A stretch of DNA of 55,100 nt from a virus (taxonomy: Duplodnaviria; Caudoviricetes). Below the pieces are notes generated by a model. That model was not told the origin of the DNA and searched no databases. It saw only the letters and a program-made list of their open reading frames with translations. The translations under genes and the position numbers were made by a program. The stretch lies in IMG/VR virus record IMGVR_UViG_3300030328_000649, positions 1 to 55,100 of that record. The stretch is one strand, 5' to 3'. Within the stretch, counting starts at the first letter, position 1; every line of letters starts with the position of its first letter. This document shows, piece by piece, positions 19,620 to 26,969 of this stretch.

Positions 19620-19847
19620 ATGAAATTTGCAGAGTATATGGAAACATTCGGTGCAGTTCGTAATACTTTTCAAGGGCTGAGTAATACACGAATGCATATT
19701 AAGAAAAGTAAGAACGGAGTGACGCGAGAAAAGCAGTCAGTAAAGCGTAAAATTAAAGTAAGAGTAAATCGTTATCCTTTAGATAGTGAGAATTTAAAAG
19801 CGTTACAAGATTGGAAACGGAGAGGAAAAAGAAATGACACCTTATGA
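19620..19847 (+). CDS. Hypothetical basic early protein
   Basis: GAGAGGTG RBS before ATG 19620. Confidence 0.6.
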   Translation: MKFAEYMETFGAVRNTFQGLSNTRMHIKKSKNGVTREKQSVKRKIKVRVNRYPLDSENLKALQDWKRRGKRNDTL

Positions 19848-20158
19848 TTTTATAATTTATTTAATTAGCACATGGGTTGTAGTTGTAATCGTTGCTGTAT
19901 CTCATGTGAGTATTTGAAAAGGAGAGGTTGTTGGATACCTAAACCAACACACAGTTTGATAGTTTAGTGATAAAGGAGTACAAACTATCAGTTTAAATAG
20001 AGGACTTCAGAGTGCAAGTGATTAATGGACAGACCGAACACCGATTTAGGTTTCACCATCAGGAAGTGGCATAGGTTTCTATTTAAACAACAGCAGTTGG
20101 TAGTTATCTGCTTAATACAAAACTACCCAGAATTTTTAATGAGAGAGAGGGTTATGTT

Positions 20159-20401
20159 ATGACCGAAGAAGAAGAAGATAAGAAAATTGCACGCGACTAT
20201 GGTGAAAGCCATGAAGATATAGGCGCAACAATGGACTTTGTAATTTGGTTTCAAGACAAGTATCCAGAGAAACAATTCTGGAATGGGAAGGAACATCAAG
20301 CGATACTTGATTTGTTCAGAGAACATATAGTATTATTATCCTTGTCTAAGAACAGAGCAGTATCAAGACAAGAGGCAGTTAAATTTATTATAGAGAGGTG
20401 A
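20159..20401 (+). CDS. Hypothetical early protein
   Basis: ORF with a GAGAGG RBS in the tandem early array. Confidence 0.6.
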   Translation: MTEEEEDKKIARDYGESHEDIGATMDFVIWFQDKYPEKQFWNGKEHQAILDLFREHIVLLSLSKNRAVSRQEAVKFIIER

Positions 20402-20404
20402 TGT

Positions 20405-20620
20405 ATGAGTTGTAATAATAAAGAAGAGTATTCGATACCAACTACCTATCATTATAGGCAGGTATCTACCAAGTGTGGTAATACTAAGTATGATGGTAGT
20501 CGTGCAATCTGTGATGAATGTAGAAACAATTCTGATAAGATGAGAGAGATAAAAGAGATAGAAGAAAACCTAGATGCAGACAACGCATGGTTGCGTAGTG
20601 CAGGTTGGGGTGAGATATAA
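20405..20620 (+). CDS. Hypothetical Cys-containing early protein
   Basis: GAGGTG RBS; CGNT...CDEC. Confidence 0.65.
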   Translation: MSCNNKEEYSIPTTYHYRQVSTKCGNTKYDGSRAICDECRNNSDKMREIKEIEENLDADNAWLRSAGWGEI

Positions 20621-20638
20621 ACACAAGAGAGGTGATGT

Positions 20639-20839
20639 ATGTCTAGTGTTGAAGATGATGTTGGACTTAAAGCAAAAGAGTGTGATAACTGTGAAGGAGG
20701 AGGTATATTATATACTCCTTTTTACTATGGTAGTGACTCTGAATGTGACGAATGTAACGGAACAGGTAAGATAGTGACAGTTAATATTGAAGGTATTTTA
20801 TACAAAGTAAAACTTGAGAATTTTAATAGAGAGGAGTAA
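20639..20839 (+). CDS. Small zinc-finger protein (DnaJ-type CxxCxGxG pair)
   Basis: CDNCEGGG and CDECNGTG. Confidence 0.7.
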   Translation: MSSVEDDVGLKAKECDNCEGGGILYTPFYYGSDSECDECNGTGKIVTVNIEGILYKVKLENFNREE

Positions 20840-20842
20840 TGT

Positions 20843-21070
20843 ATGATGTTATTAACAGGGTATGATAGTAAGAAACAGTTGAAAGAATGTATTGGGAAAC
20901 CTTTACAGTATCAGGAAACATCTTGGAATTATTTATATTATGGTGGTGAGCCAGAGTATAAATCAAATGGTGTCTTTGTAGGTGTTAGAAGACCACATCT
21001 TTTAGGTGGTGGTAGAGAGTTCTTTGCAGAGATAACTATGAAAGATGATTTAATTGTGAAGGTAAAGTAG
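20843..21070 (+). CDS. Hypothetical early protein
   Basis: GAGGAG RBS; tandem arrangement. Confidence 0.65.
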   Translation: MMLLTGYDSKKQLKECIGKPLQYQETSWNYLYYGGEPEYKSNGVFVGVRRPHLLGGGREFFAEITMKDDLIVKVK

Positions 21071-21087
21071 TTATTGATAACTAGTTT
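21064..21087. promoter_or_regulatory. Palindromic operator-like site, copy 3 (inverted flanks)
   Basis: AAAGTAGTTAT-TG-ATAACTAGTTT just upstream of the glycosylase-like gene RBS. Confidence 0.6.
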
Positions 21088-21104
21088 AAAAATAGGAGTG
21101 ATGT

Positions 21105-21737
21105 ATGTATAAGAACCATGCAGTAAAGTGCCAAGCGTATGCACAACGAAACGCTGACAACTTTGCAGACGTAGTAATGATGGTGTCACTTAGCATACAG
21201 CAGAACTGGCTAGGAGTAGGCGATCAGTTACAAGATGTAAGACTGAACAAAGAGAACAGCAAGTTTCTGTGGGGTATGAAAGCGACAGCGTACAAATATA
21301 TTATGACGCACAAGCATAAGATATACGCAATGATGAAAGCTGTGATGTGCAGTAATCATAATGACGAGGACAAAGCTAAGAGTCTGATGAAAGTATTCTT
21401 GCGTATCGAAGGGCTTGGATTAGTAAAGGCAGGGTTTGTGTGTCAACTTACCTGTGGTCTTGTAGGTTGTATGGATGTACATAACATCAAGGCATATAAG
21501 ATTGATGAGAAGATGCTGACCTATAACAAGAAGTTAAAGACAGAGAAAGGTATCAAAGCAAATGAGAAGAAGATAGAGAACTATATTAAAATGTGCCACG
21601 ACTACGGAACAGAAGAACTTTGGAACGCATGGTGTGAATCGTTAGCTCTTAAATCAGATAAGTGGGTTGACGGATTCCATGTGTCTGAGGTACACTATAC
21701 TTATCTGACAAACCATAACAGGAGGGCAGTATGTTAG
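21105..21737 (+). CDS. HhH-GPD superfamily DNA glycosylase-like protein
   Basis: Helix-hairpin-helix IEGLGLVKAGF followed by GCMDVH with a candidate catalytic Asp. Confidence 0.65.
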   Translation: MYKNHAVKCQAYAQRNADNFADVVMMVSLSIQQNWLGVGDQLQDVRLNKENSKFLWGMKATAYKYIMTHKHKIYAMMKAVMCSNHNDEDKAKSLMKVFLRIEGLGLVKAGFVCQLTCGLVGCMDVHNIKAYKIDEKMLTYNKKLKTEKGIKANEKKIENYIKMCHDYGTEELWNAWCESLALKSDKWVDGFHVSEVHYTYLTNHNRRAVC

Positions 21738-22066
21738 AACCATTAGCAAAAATGATAGTACAAGAGGTAGTAGATGAAGGTGGATTTTATTCTATTGAAG
21801 TAGAAGGTGAAGAGTATCAAGAGATAACCGATGATATATCTTTGGTGTGTAATCAGAAAGACGGAGATAAATATATAGGTGTTGATAACCTAGATATGTG
21901 TTACATAAATATATACGATAGAAAGAAAGAGTTTGATGGTTGGATACTTTGGATAGGAGTAAACGACCATGTAGAAAGAATAAGCGATCATACTTTAATG
22001 AGTAGTGATTACATTAATATAGATAAACTAATGGATAAATGGGAAAAGGAGTATAACAGACTATGA
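21731..22066 (+). CDS. Hypothetical acidic protein
   Basis: 111-aa ORF with a GGAGG RBS. Confidence 0.65.
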   Translation: MLEPLAKMIVQEVVDEGGFYSIEVEGEEYQEITDDISLVCNQKDGDKYIGVDNLDMCYINIYDRKKEFDGWILWIGVNDHVERISDHTLMSSDYINIDKLMDKWEKEYNRL

Positions 22067-22221
22067 AATTTATAGACGCAGTAAAGATTGTACACCCTGA
22101 CGAGTTTGAATCTTGGTGGAAGGGTATTGATGCAGATCAATCATACATAGATGAATGTGTACAGAAACAGCAACAAGAAGAGGAAGAACAACAAGGAGAA
22201 CAAGATGGAGAGAGTATATGA
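22063..22221 (+). CDS. Small acidic hypothetical protein (52 aa)
   Basis: MKFIDAVKIVHPDEFESWWKG...; ATGA overlap with the upstream gene. Confidence 0.55.
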   Translation: MKFIDAVKIVHPDEFESWWKGIDADQSYIDECVQKQQQEEEEQQGEQDGESI

Positions 22222-22447
22222 AGTAACATTTGAAGTAGTTGTATCTGTAGTTGCAGAGTCAGAAGACCATGCAAAAGAGATTGCTATTGATGATGTACAG
22301 ATGGGAAAGTTTGACGAGGATGCAGAGTTTGAGAGTGCAAAGTTTATAACGATAGAAGAATACACAAGCTCTGTACCTTATCATTGGAGAGGGCTTATAG
22401 ACGAGCCACAAGCTAAAGATGATATTGCAATGTCACTAATAGACTAA
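22205..22447 (+). CDS. Hypothetical protein
   Basis: Likely start MERVYEV after AAGGAG; the ORF track starts it at 22151. Confidence 0.6.
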   Translation: MERVYEVTFEVVVSVVAESEDHAKEIAIDDVQMGKFDEDAEFESAKFITIEEYTSSVPYHWRGLIDEPQAKDDIAMSLID

Positions 22448-22459
22448 GGAGAAAATAAA

Positions 22460-22690
22460 ATGACAACGAGAAAACTACCTTTTAATTGTAAAGTAGGTTA
22501 TAAACCTCAAGAAGTAGCCAATAGATTTACTGGTGAAAAGGTAACGATACCTTCTGATGCTGTCGCAGTTTATAATACCATCATGGGTGCTGAACTTTTT
22601 AGAGATTACGATAAAATGCTTAAGGGTTATGATTGGTTTAGGAAACATGAGCCAGATGCGTTAACAATATTAACTAACCACTTAGACTAA
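22460..22690 (+). CDS. Hypothetical protein
   Basis: AAGGAG RBS; 76 aa. Confidence 0.65.
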   Translation: MTTRKLPFNCKVGYKPQEVANRFTGEKVTIPSDAVAVYNTIMGAELFRDYDKMLKGYDWFRKHEPDALTILTNHLD

Positions 22691-22700
22691 GGAGATAGGT

Positions 22701-22826
22701 ATGATTGAAGAAGAAATATATTTGAACACCTTGATAGCAGAGGCACAGTTGCAAATGACAATAGGGTATATTGCATTTGGAATGTGTGTTATGTTGGGTA
22801 TAACTTTATGGATATATAGGAGATAG
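22701..22826 (+). CDS. Small membrane protein (41 aa)
   Basis: AAGGAG RBS; hydrophobic C-terminal half. Confidence 0.55.
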   Translation: MIEEEIYLNTLIAEAQLQMTIGYIAFGMCVMLGITLWIYRR

Positions 22827-22828
22827 AT

Positions 22829-23134
22829 ATGAACAAAAGTGATTTACTGAAAGTGTTCTTTACTTTCACAGATGATAACGCTGAGTTAATGTTTAACTAT
22901 GAAGATAGAAATGGAAAAGAAACAACAGATAGAAAAGTTAAACCTTTCAAGATAGAGTATGAAGAAGATGATGATTCCGTATTAATTACAGGGCTGTGTG
23001 CTGTTGCTACTATGCCTTCTGGAGTTATTGATTGGCAACAAAGAAAGTTTTATTTAGAAAGTATGTCTTGTATTAGAGTATATAAAGAGATACGTTATAC
23101 AGAGATGTTAGCTTCAAAAGCTTGGAGTAACTGA
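22829..23134 (+). CDS. Stand-alone WYL-domain-like protein
   Basis: FNYEDRNGKETTDRKVKPFKI...ITGLC...QRKFYLESM fits the WYL pattern Y...G..T.R.V.P...C...R.F. Confidence 0.6.
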   Translation: MNKSDLLKVFFTFTDDNAELMFNYEDRNGKETTDRKVKPFKIEYEEDDDSVLITGLCAVATMPSGVIDWQQRKFYLESMSCIRVYKEIRYTEMLASKAWSN

Positions 23135-23328
23135 TGAAGAAAGATGAAAATAAAACTTTATATGCAATACATTACATAGATGTAGCAGGTGAACTACATT
23201 TTGAAGGTGTAACAAATAACTTTGATGCTTGGTTGAAAGACTACAACGAAGGAAGGCAACAGCAAGGCATAAGCATTGATGATGCTGAAGACTTTGATGT
23301 TCAAAAAGTAGAGGTATCTTATTTTTAG
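23134..23328 (+). CDS. Hypothetical protein
   Basis: Translationally coupled ORF. Confidence 0.6.
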   Translation: MKKDENKTLYAIHYIDVAGELHFEGVTNNFDAWLKDYNEGRQQQGISIDDAEDFDVQKVEVSYF

Positions 23329-23347
23329 AAAGAGGAGGAGATAGAAC

Positions 23348-23530
23348 GTGAAGAAACCTAAAGGCAAGAAAGTATTAGTGCTGTTGATTGATGATGATAA
23401 GACATGGTATACTGCAGAGGTAAAGAGTTTGTTGAGCGTACAGTTTACTGCAGATGTTGATGTAGATGGAGAAAAGAAACACCTGTTCTATATGTACAGA
23501 GATTTTAATTTAACTTGGAAGGAGATATAA
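23348..23530 (+). CDS. Hypothetical protein
   Basis: GAGGAGG RBS, GTG start. Confidence 0.6.
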   Translation: MKKPKGKKVLVLLIDDDKTWYTAEVKSLLSVQFTADVDVDGEKKHLFYMYRDFNLTWKEI

Positions 23531-23531
23531 A

Positions 23532-23696
23532 ATGTTAGAGTTAAAAGCAGGACAAGAGGTAGACGGAAGAGTGGTAGATAAGATAACTATGGACAAAGAT
23601 ACAAGGGATATGACTGTTTGGTTTGACACAGATAAATTAATTGTTAGACAAAACGAGTCTATTGATGTAATCTTAAATCATAAATGGGAGAAATAA
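23532..23696 (+). CDS. Hypothetical protein (54 aa)
   Basis: MLELKAGQEVDGRVVDKIT...; AAGGAG RBS. Confidence 0.55.
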   Translation: MLELKAGQEVDGRVVDKITMDKDTRDMTVWFDTDKLIVRQNESIDVILNHKWEK

Positions 23697-23998
23697 CTAT
23701 GAGTGACAAAGAATTATTAGAAGACTATAAGAAGATGGAGCTAGATATTAGAGAATCGAGTGAAGACTTTGACAAGTTTGTTTCTGATTTATACATGGCT
23801 AACTGCCATGAAAGAAATGAGCATGGTCAACCTTTATTTAATTCAGCTAAAGAATACTATGATGAGTACAAGATATTTATAAAGACTAAGTATTATGAAA
23901 CAAGATACAAAGGTACAACTAAACCTACTGTAGAAGTATGTACTCCTGCAGGGAGTTGGAGTTATAATGCTGATGGAGTATTTATTGATGAAAATTAA
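23684..23998 (+). CDS. Hypothetical protein
   Basis: ORF in the early array; the start may be the second Met. Confidence 0.6.
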   Translation: MGEITMSDKELLEDYKKMELDIRESSEDFDKFVSDLYMANCHERNEHGQPLFNSAKEYYDEYKIFIKTKYYETRYKGTTKPTVEVCTPAGSWSYNADGVFIDEN

Positions 23999-24179
23999 AA
24001 TTTCAAAGACAGCAAAAGATAACGGAGTTCCGAGAGCTTTTATTGTAAAGGTAAAAGGATTAAAATTTCCTAGAGGATTTAAAGACTGGTACTTTGTAAG
24101 CTCTAAAGAGAAAGCAATCGAACTTGCTTTAAGAGATTGGAGAATATATCAAATGGAGCGTAGGAATGAGCAAATATAA
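23967..24179 (+). CDS. Hypothetical basic protein
   Basis: ORF in the early array; start uncertain. Confidence 0.55.
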   Translation: MLMEYLLMKIKISKTAKDNGVPRAFIVKVKGLKFPRGFKDWYFVSSKEKAIELALRDWRIYQMERRNEQI

Positions 24180-24384
24180 GGAAGTTAAAAAGATTATAGA
24201 TCATGTTAAAGATATAGAGACAACCTGTGATGAAGCAACAATCAAGCAGATAGTTTGTATATTAATATCGAGATTGTTGAACCCTCTATCTGCAGAGGAA
24301 ACAGGAGGATTGATAGCAGGTCTTGCAGAAGCAGAGCAAGAAGCAATAGATATGTTAGAGAGTGATAAAGAAACATTACACTAG
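24166..24384 (+). CDS. Hypothetical protein
   Basis: ORF in the early array. Confidence 0.6.
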   Translation: MSKYKEVKKIIDHVKDIETTCDEATIKQIVCILISRLLNPLSAEETGGLIAGLAEAEQEAIDMLESDKETLH

Positions 24385-24442
24385 TTTATGAAGGCTAATT
24401 GTAGTTGCCTATGAAACTACAAACTATAGAAGGAGATACAAA

Positions 24443-24634
24443 ATGTTAAGATTGTTTAGAGATAGTAAGACTTATGACAAGAAGTTCTATCACGTTAATG
24501 TGATGGGATGGAAGTTCAGAGTTGCTGTTAATCCACCAAGAAAAACACTGAGCAAGTTCGGAACATACCTTACAGGTAGAGGTCGAGTGTTTAACTTTGG
24601 TAGACAGTACTTGTGCTTTATACCTAAGTCGTAA
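24443..24634 (+). CDS. Hypothetical basic protein
   Basis: AAGGAG RBS; 63 aa. Confidence 0.6.
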   Translation: MLRLFRDSKTYDKKFYHVNVMGWKFRVAVNPPRKTLSKFGTYLTGRGRVFNFGRQYLCFIPKS

Positions 24635-24901
24635 CACAAAAGTCTCCCTAACAATGTAATGCATGGGTTGTTAGACGACTATAAAAGCGCACATGCTAGT
24701 GTTGACAGGCACTATAAAAACCGATAGTTATGTTGCTGTTGGAGGAGTTGGTAGTTACTTCGGAACTAGAAAACTACATTTTGAAAAGGGTTTCACCAAA
24801 ATTATTGACGACTAGCGTGTGTAATCAAATAGTCTAAAATAGGTAGCACCTATTTATGCACATTGTTCCCTTATTTTTTAAACAACAAAGAGGAAAGTAA
24901 C

Positions 24902-25318
24902 ATGGCTACACAAATAAGAAAGTTTGAACAAGATGCAATCGTTGAAAGTATCTTTGATAAAGTAACCAAAGATAAAACAACTAGAGCATTTGACGCAGTT
25001 AAGAAATGTAAAGAGTACAAAGATTTGCTGTCAACAGCTAACGAGGTTAAGTCTTTTGACAAGCAGATAGAAATCTTAAAAGAACAAAGAGATGAATTGT
25101 CTACTAAAGTTCATAGAGGAGTGGAACATTACAACTCAGTTCGTGACTTTGAATTAAAGTACGACAGATGGAGCGGAGTATTGTCTACTCAGACAGGTAT
25201 ATGTGAATGGAGACTAAAAGAAAAGATAGCTAACAGTCTTGCTATATCTTTGTTACCTAAAGATGCAGTAGAAAACATTGATGCTATCATTAAGAAGATA
25301 GCGAAGGAGTTTAAATAA
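24902..25318 (+). CDS. Hypothetical coiled-coil protein
   Basis: Likely start MATQIRK after GAGGA; the ORF track starts it at 24863. Confidence 0.65.
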   Translation: MATQIRKFEQDAIVESIFDKVTKDKTTRAFDAVKKCKEYKDLLSTANEVKSFDKQIEILKEQRDELSTKVHRGVEHYNSVRDFELKYDRWSGVLSTQTGICEWRLKEKIANSLAISLLPKDAVENIDAIIKKIAKEFK

Positions 25319-25593
25319 TGCAATTAACATTTGATTACTACGAGATACAGGAAGCAATACAGCTTCTTGTTAAAGAGAAACTAGGTATGGATATAGACTT
25401 GGAAGATATAAGTCCACATGATTATCCTAGTATTGAGTACAGAAAACGAATCCTTGCTTACAAGAAACACAAGAACGGAAAAGAAGTTAAGGATAAGAAT
25501 GGTTTTCGTGAAGTAGATTGGGATAAAACTACATACGAAAAGAAGTGGATTCAGTTTGATGATAGTGCTGATATATCTTTTTGGGTAGGATAA
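25318..25593 (+). CDS. Hypothetical protein
   Basis: TAATG coupling and AAGGAG RBS. Confidence 0.65.
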   Translation: MQLTFDYYEIQEAIQLLVKEKLGMDIDLEDISPHDYPSIEYRKRILAYKKHKNGKEVKDKNGFREVDWDKTTYEKKWIQFDDSADISFWVG

Positions 25594-25609
25594 TAGTAAA
25601 GGAAACACT

Positions 25610-25777
25610 ATGGATATTAAAAACTTAGAAGGGATACTTAAAGACTTTGATGAACGTTTAGATAGTGAAAACTTTGGACTGTTCATTGACGCTTATACAC
25701 CTAACAAAGATAAAATGACAGTTGATAATGTCGAACATCTAAAAGAAAATATAGATGAATTAGATTTTAGTAGTTGA
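25610..25777 (+). CDS. Hypothetical acidic protein (55 aa)
   Basis: AAGGA RBS; MDIKNLEGILKDFDERLDSENFG... Confidence 0.55.
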   Translation: MDIKNLEGILKDFDERLDSENFGLFIDAYTPNKDKMTVDNVEHLKENIDELDFSS

Positions 25778-25802
25778 AAATAAATTCTATCTGTGGTATA
25801 AT
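25774..25802 (+). promoter_or_regulatory. Sigma70 promoter with extended -10
   Basis: TTGAAA-17 nt-TATAAT, with TG one base before the -10. Confidence 0.7.
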
Positions 25803-25833
25803 CTTATAAGTATTATAAAGGAAGATAAAGATA

Positions 25834-26079
25834 ATGATTAATAATAATAAAGATAATGTTATAAACTTTACAAGCTTGAAAGGAGTTAGAGATAAAAAGA
25901 ATACTAACGAATATAAAGTTTGTTTGTTCGAGAATAAAAAATATAAGTTCACTATCGAAGCAGATAGCGGAGAAAGTGCAGAAGATATTATCAGCGATAA
26001 GTATGAGCAAGGTGTGTTAGACTTAAACAACTTTGAATCTTTTACTTACGAAACAATAGCTGAGTCGATTGAAAAATAA
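25834..26079 (+). CDS. Hypothetical protein
   Basis: 81-aa ORF downstream of the promoter. Confidence 0.55.
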   Translation: MINNNKDNVINFTSLKGVRDKKNTNEYKVCLFENKKYKFTIEADSGESAEDIISDKYEQGVLDLNNFESFTYETIAESIEK

Positions 26080-26091
26080 TTTAAAAAGGAC

Positions 26092-26120
26092 TGGACATGA
26101 GAAAAGAAATAGTGTATAAT
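26092..26120 (+). promoter_or_regulatory. Sigma70 promoter of the replication module
   Basis: TGGACA-17 nt-TATAAT. Confidence 0.75.
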
Positions 26121-26126
26121 ACACAG

Positions 26127-26250
26127 ATACAAATCACAAACAAGATATATTTGCCCTCATGTATCACCTTCCTTTTATCTTGTTTGTTCGCTGATAAAGC
26201 GAGTAAGTTATCTGGTTGCTTACGATAAGAAAAAACCAGACCTAATTTTT
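26127..26250 (+). ncRNA. Candidate structured leader/sRNA with an anti-RBS loop
   Basis: Perfect 12-bp stem (26136-26147/26176-26187) around a 28-nt loop, plus two further hairpins. Confidence 0.55.
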
Positions 26251-26274
26251 ATAGTAACTAAGAGGTAAATAAAA

Positions 26275-26688
26275 ATGATGTACGCAACAGGTAAAGCAAT
26301 GTGGGCTAACGTGTCAGTTCCTAACACACGTTTTGAACCACACAAATACATGATTACTGTATTGACTGACCAAGACACAGCGACAGAGTTAGAAGGAGCA
26401 GGTCTTAATCAATCAAAAGACAGAGCAGGTAACACTAAGTATGATGAACCTGCTTTCATGTTCAGTAAGACTGCGGTGAATAAGAAAACAGGTGAGCCAA
26501 ACAAAGCACCTAAACTTATTGATGCAGATGGTAATCCTTTGGATTGTTTGATTGGTAATGGTTCTAATGTAACAGTTAAGATTAGACCTTACACTAGTCC
26601 TTATGGAACATTCGCTGAGTTGATTGCTGTTAAAGTTAATGAGCTTGTCGACTATGATGGTGGTGATTCTGACAACGAGGAGTTTTAA
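26275..26688 (+). CDS. ssb: Single-stranded DNA-binding protein (T7 gp2.5-like)
   Basis: GKAMWA..., LIGNGSNVTV, acidic tail ending in Phe (DSDNEEF). Confidence 0.8.
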   Translation: MMYATGKAMWANVSVPNTRFEPHKYMITVLTDQDTATELEGAGLNQSKDRAGNTKYDEPAFMFSKTAVNKKTGEPNKAPKLIDADGNPLDCLIGNGSNVTVKIRPYTSPYGTFAELIAVKVNELVDYDGGDSDNEEF

Positions 26689-26690
26689 TT

Positions 26691-26957
26691 ATGACAGATG
26701 AAGAAGTACAGAAACCATACATCACTATTGATGGTGTGCAGATTTCGGTAGAAGATTTACCAGAAGAAGCGCAGGGTGTCTTTGGAAGGATTCAAAGATT
26801 AAATCAAAAGAAAGTTAATCTTACTCTGGACATTGAAGAAGTTCAGGCAAGTTTAAATTTCTTTACCAATAAGATTGTAGATATAATTAATCAAGAAGGA
26901 GAACAAAGCGAAACGGAAGTCGAAGAAGAAGAAGTTGTAACTAAATCAGAAAACTAA
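26691..26957 (+). CDS. Hypothetical acidic coiled-coil protein
   Basis: ORF between ssb and primase. Confidence 0.7.
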   Translation: MTDEEVQKPYITIDGVQISVEDLPEEAQGVFGRIQRLNQKKVNLTLDIEEVQASLNFFTNKIVDIINQEGEQSETEVEEEEVVTKSEN

Positions 26958-26969
26958 AAGGAGAAAGGT

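Noticed and set aside
19915-20095. CsrA/RsmA-sponge RNA (several GGA motifs, one hairpin)
   Set aside because: GGA is frequent in this purine-rich strand and most copies are not in clear hairpin loops.
18345-21087. CRISPR array from the repeated palindromes, with the Cas4-like nuclease
   Set aside because: The copies are more than 1 kb apart with genes between them; Cas4-like exonucleases are ordinary phage replication genes.
24635-24860. tRNA or hammerhead ribozyme
   Set aside because: No cloverleaf with a T-loop consensus and no CUGAnGA/GAAA core were found.
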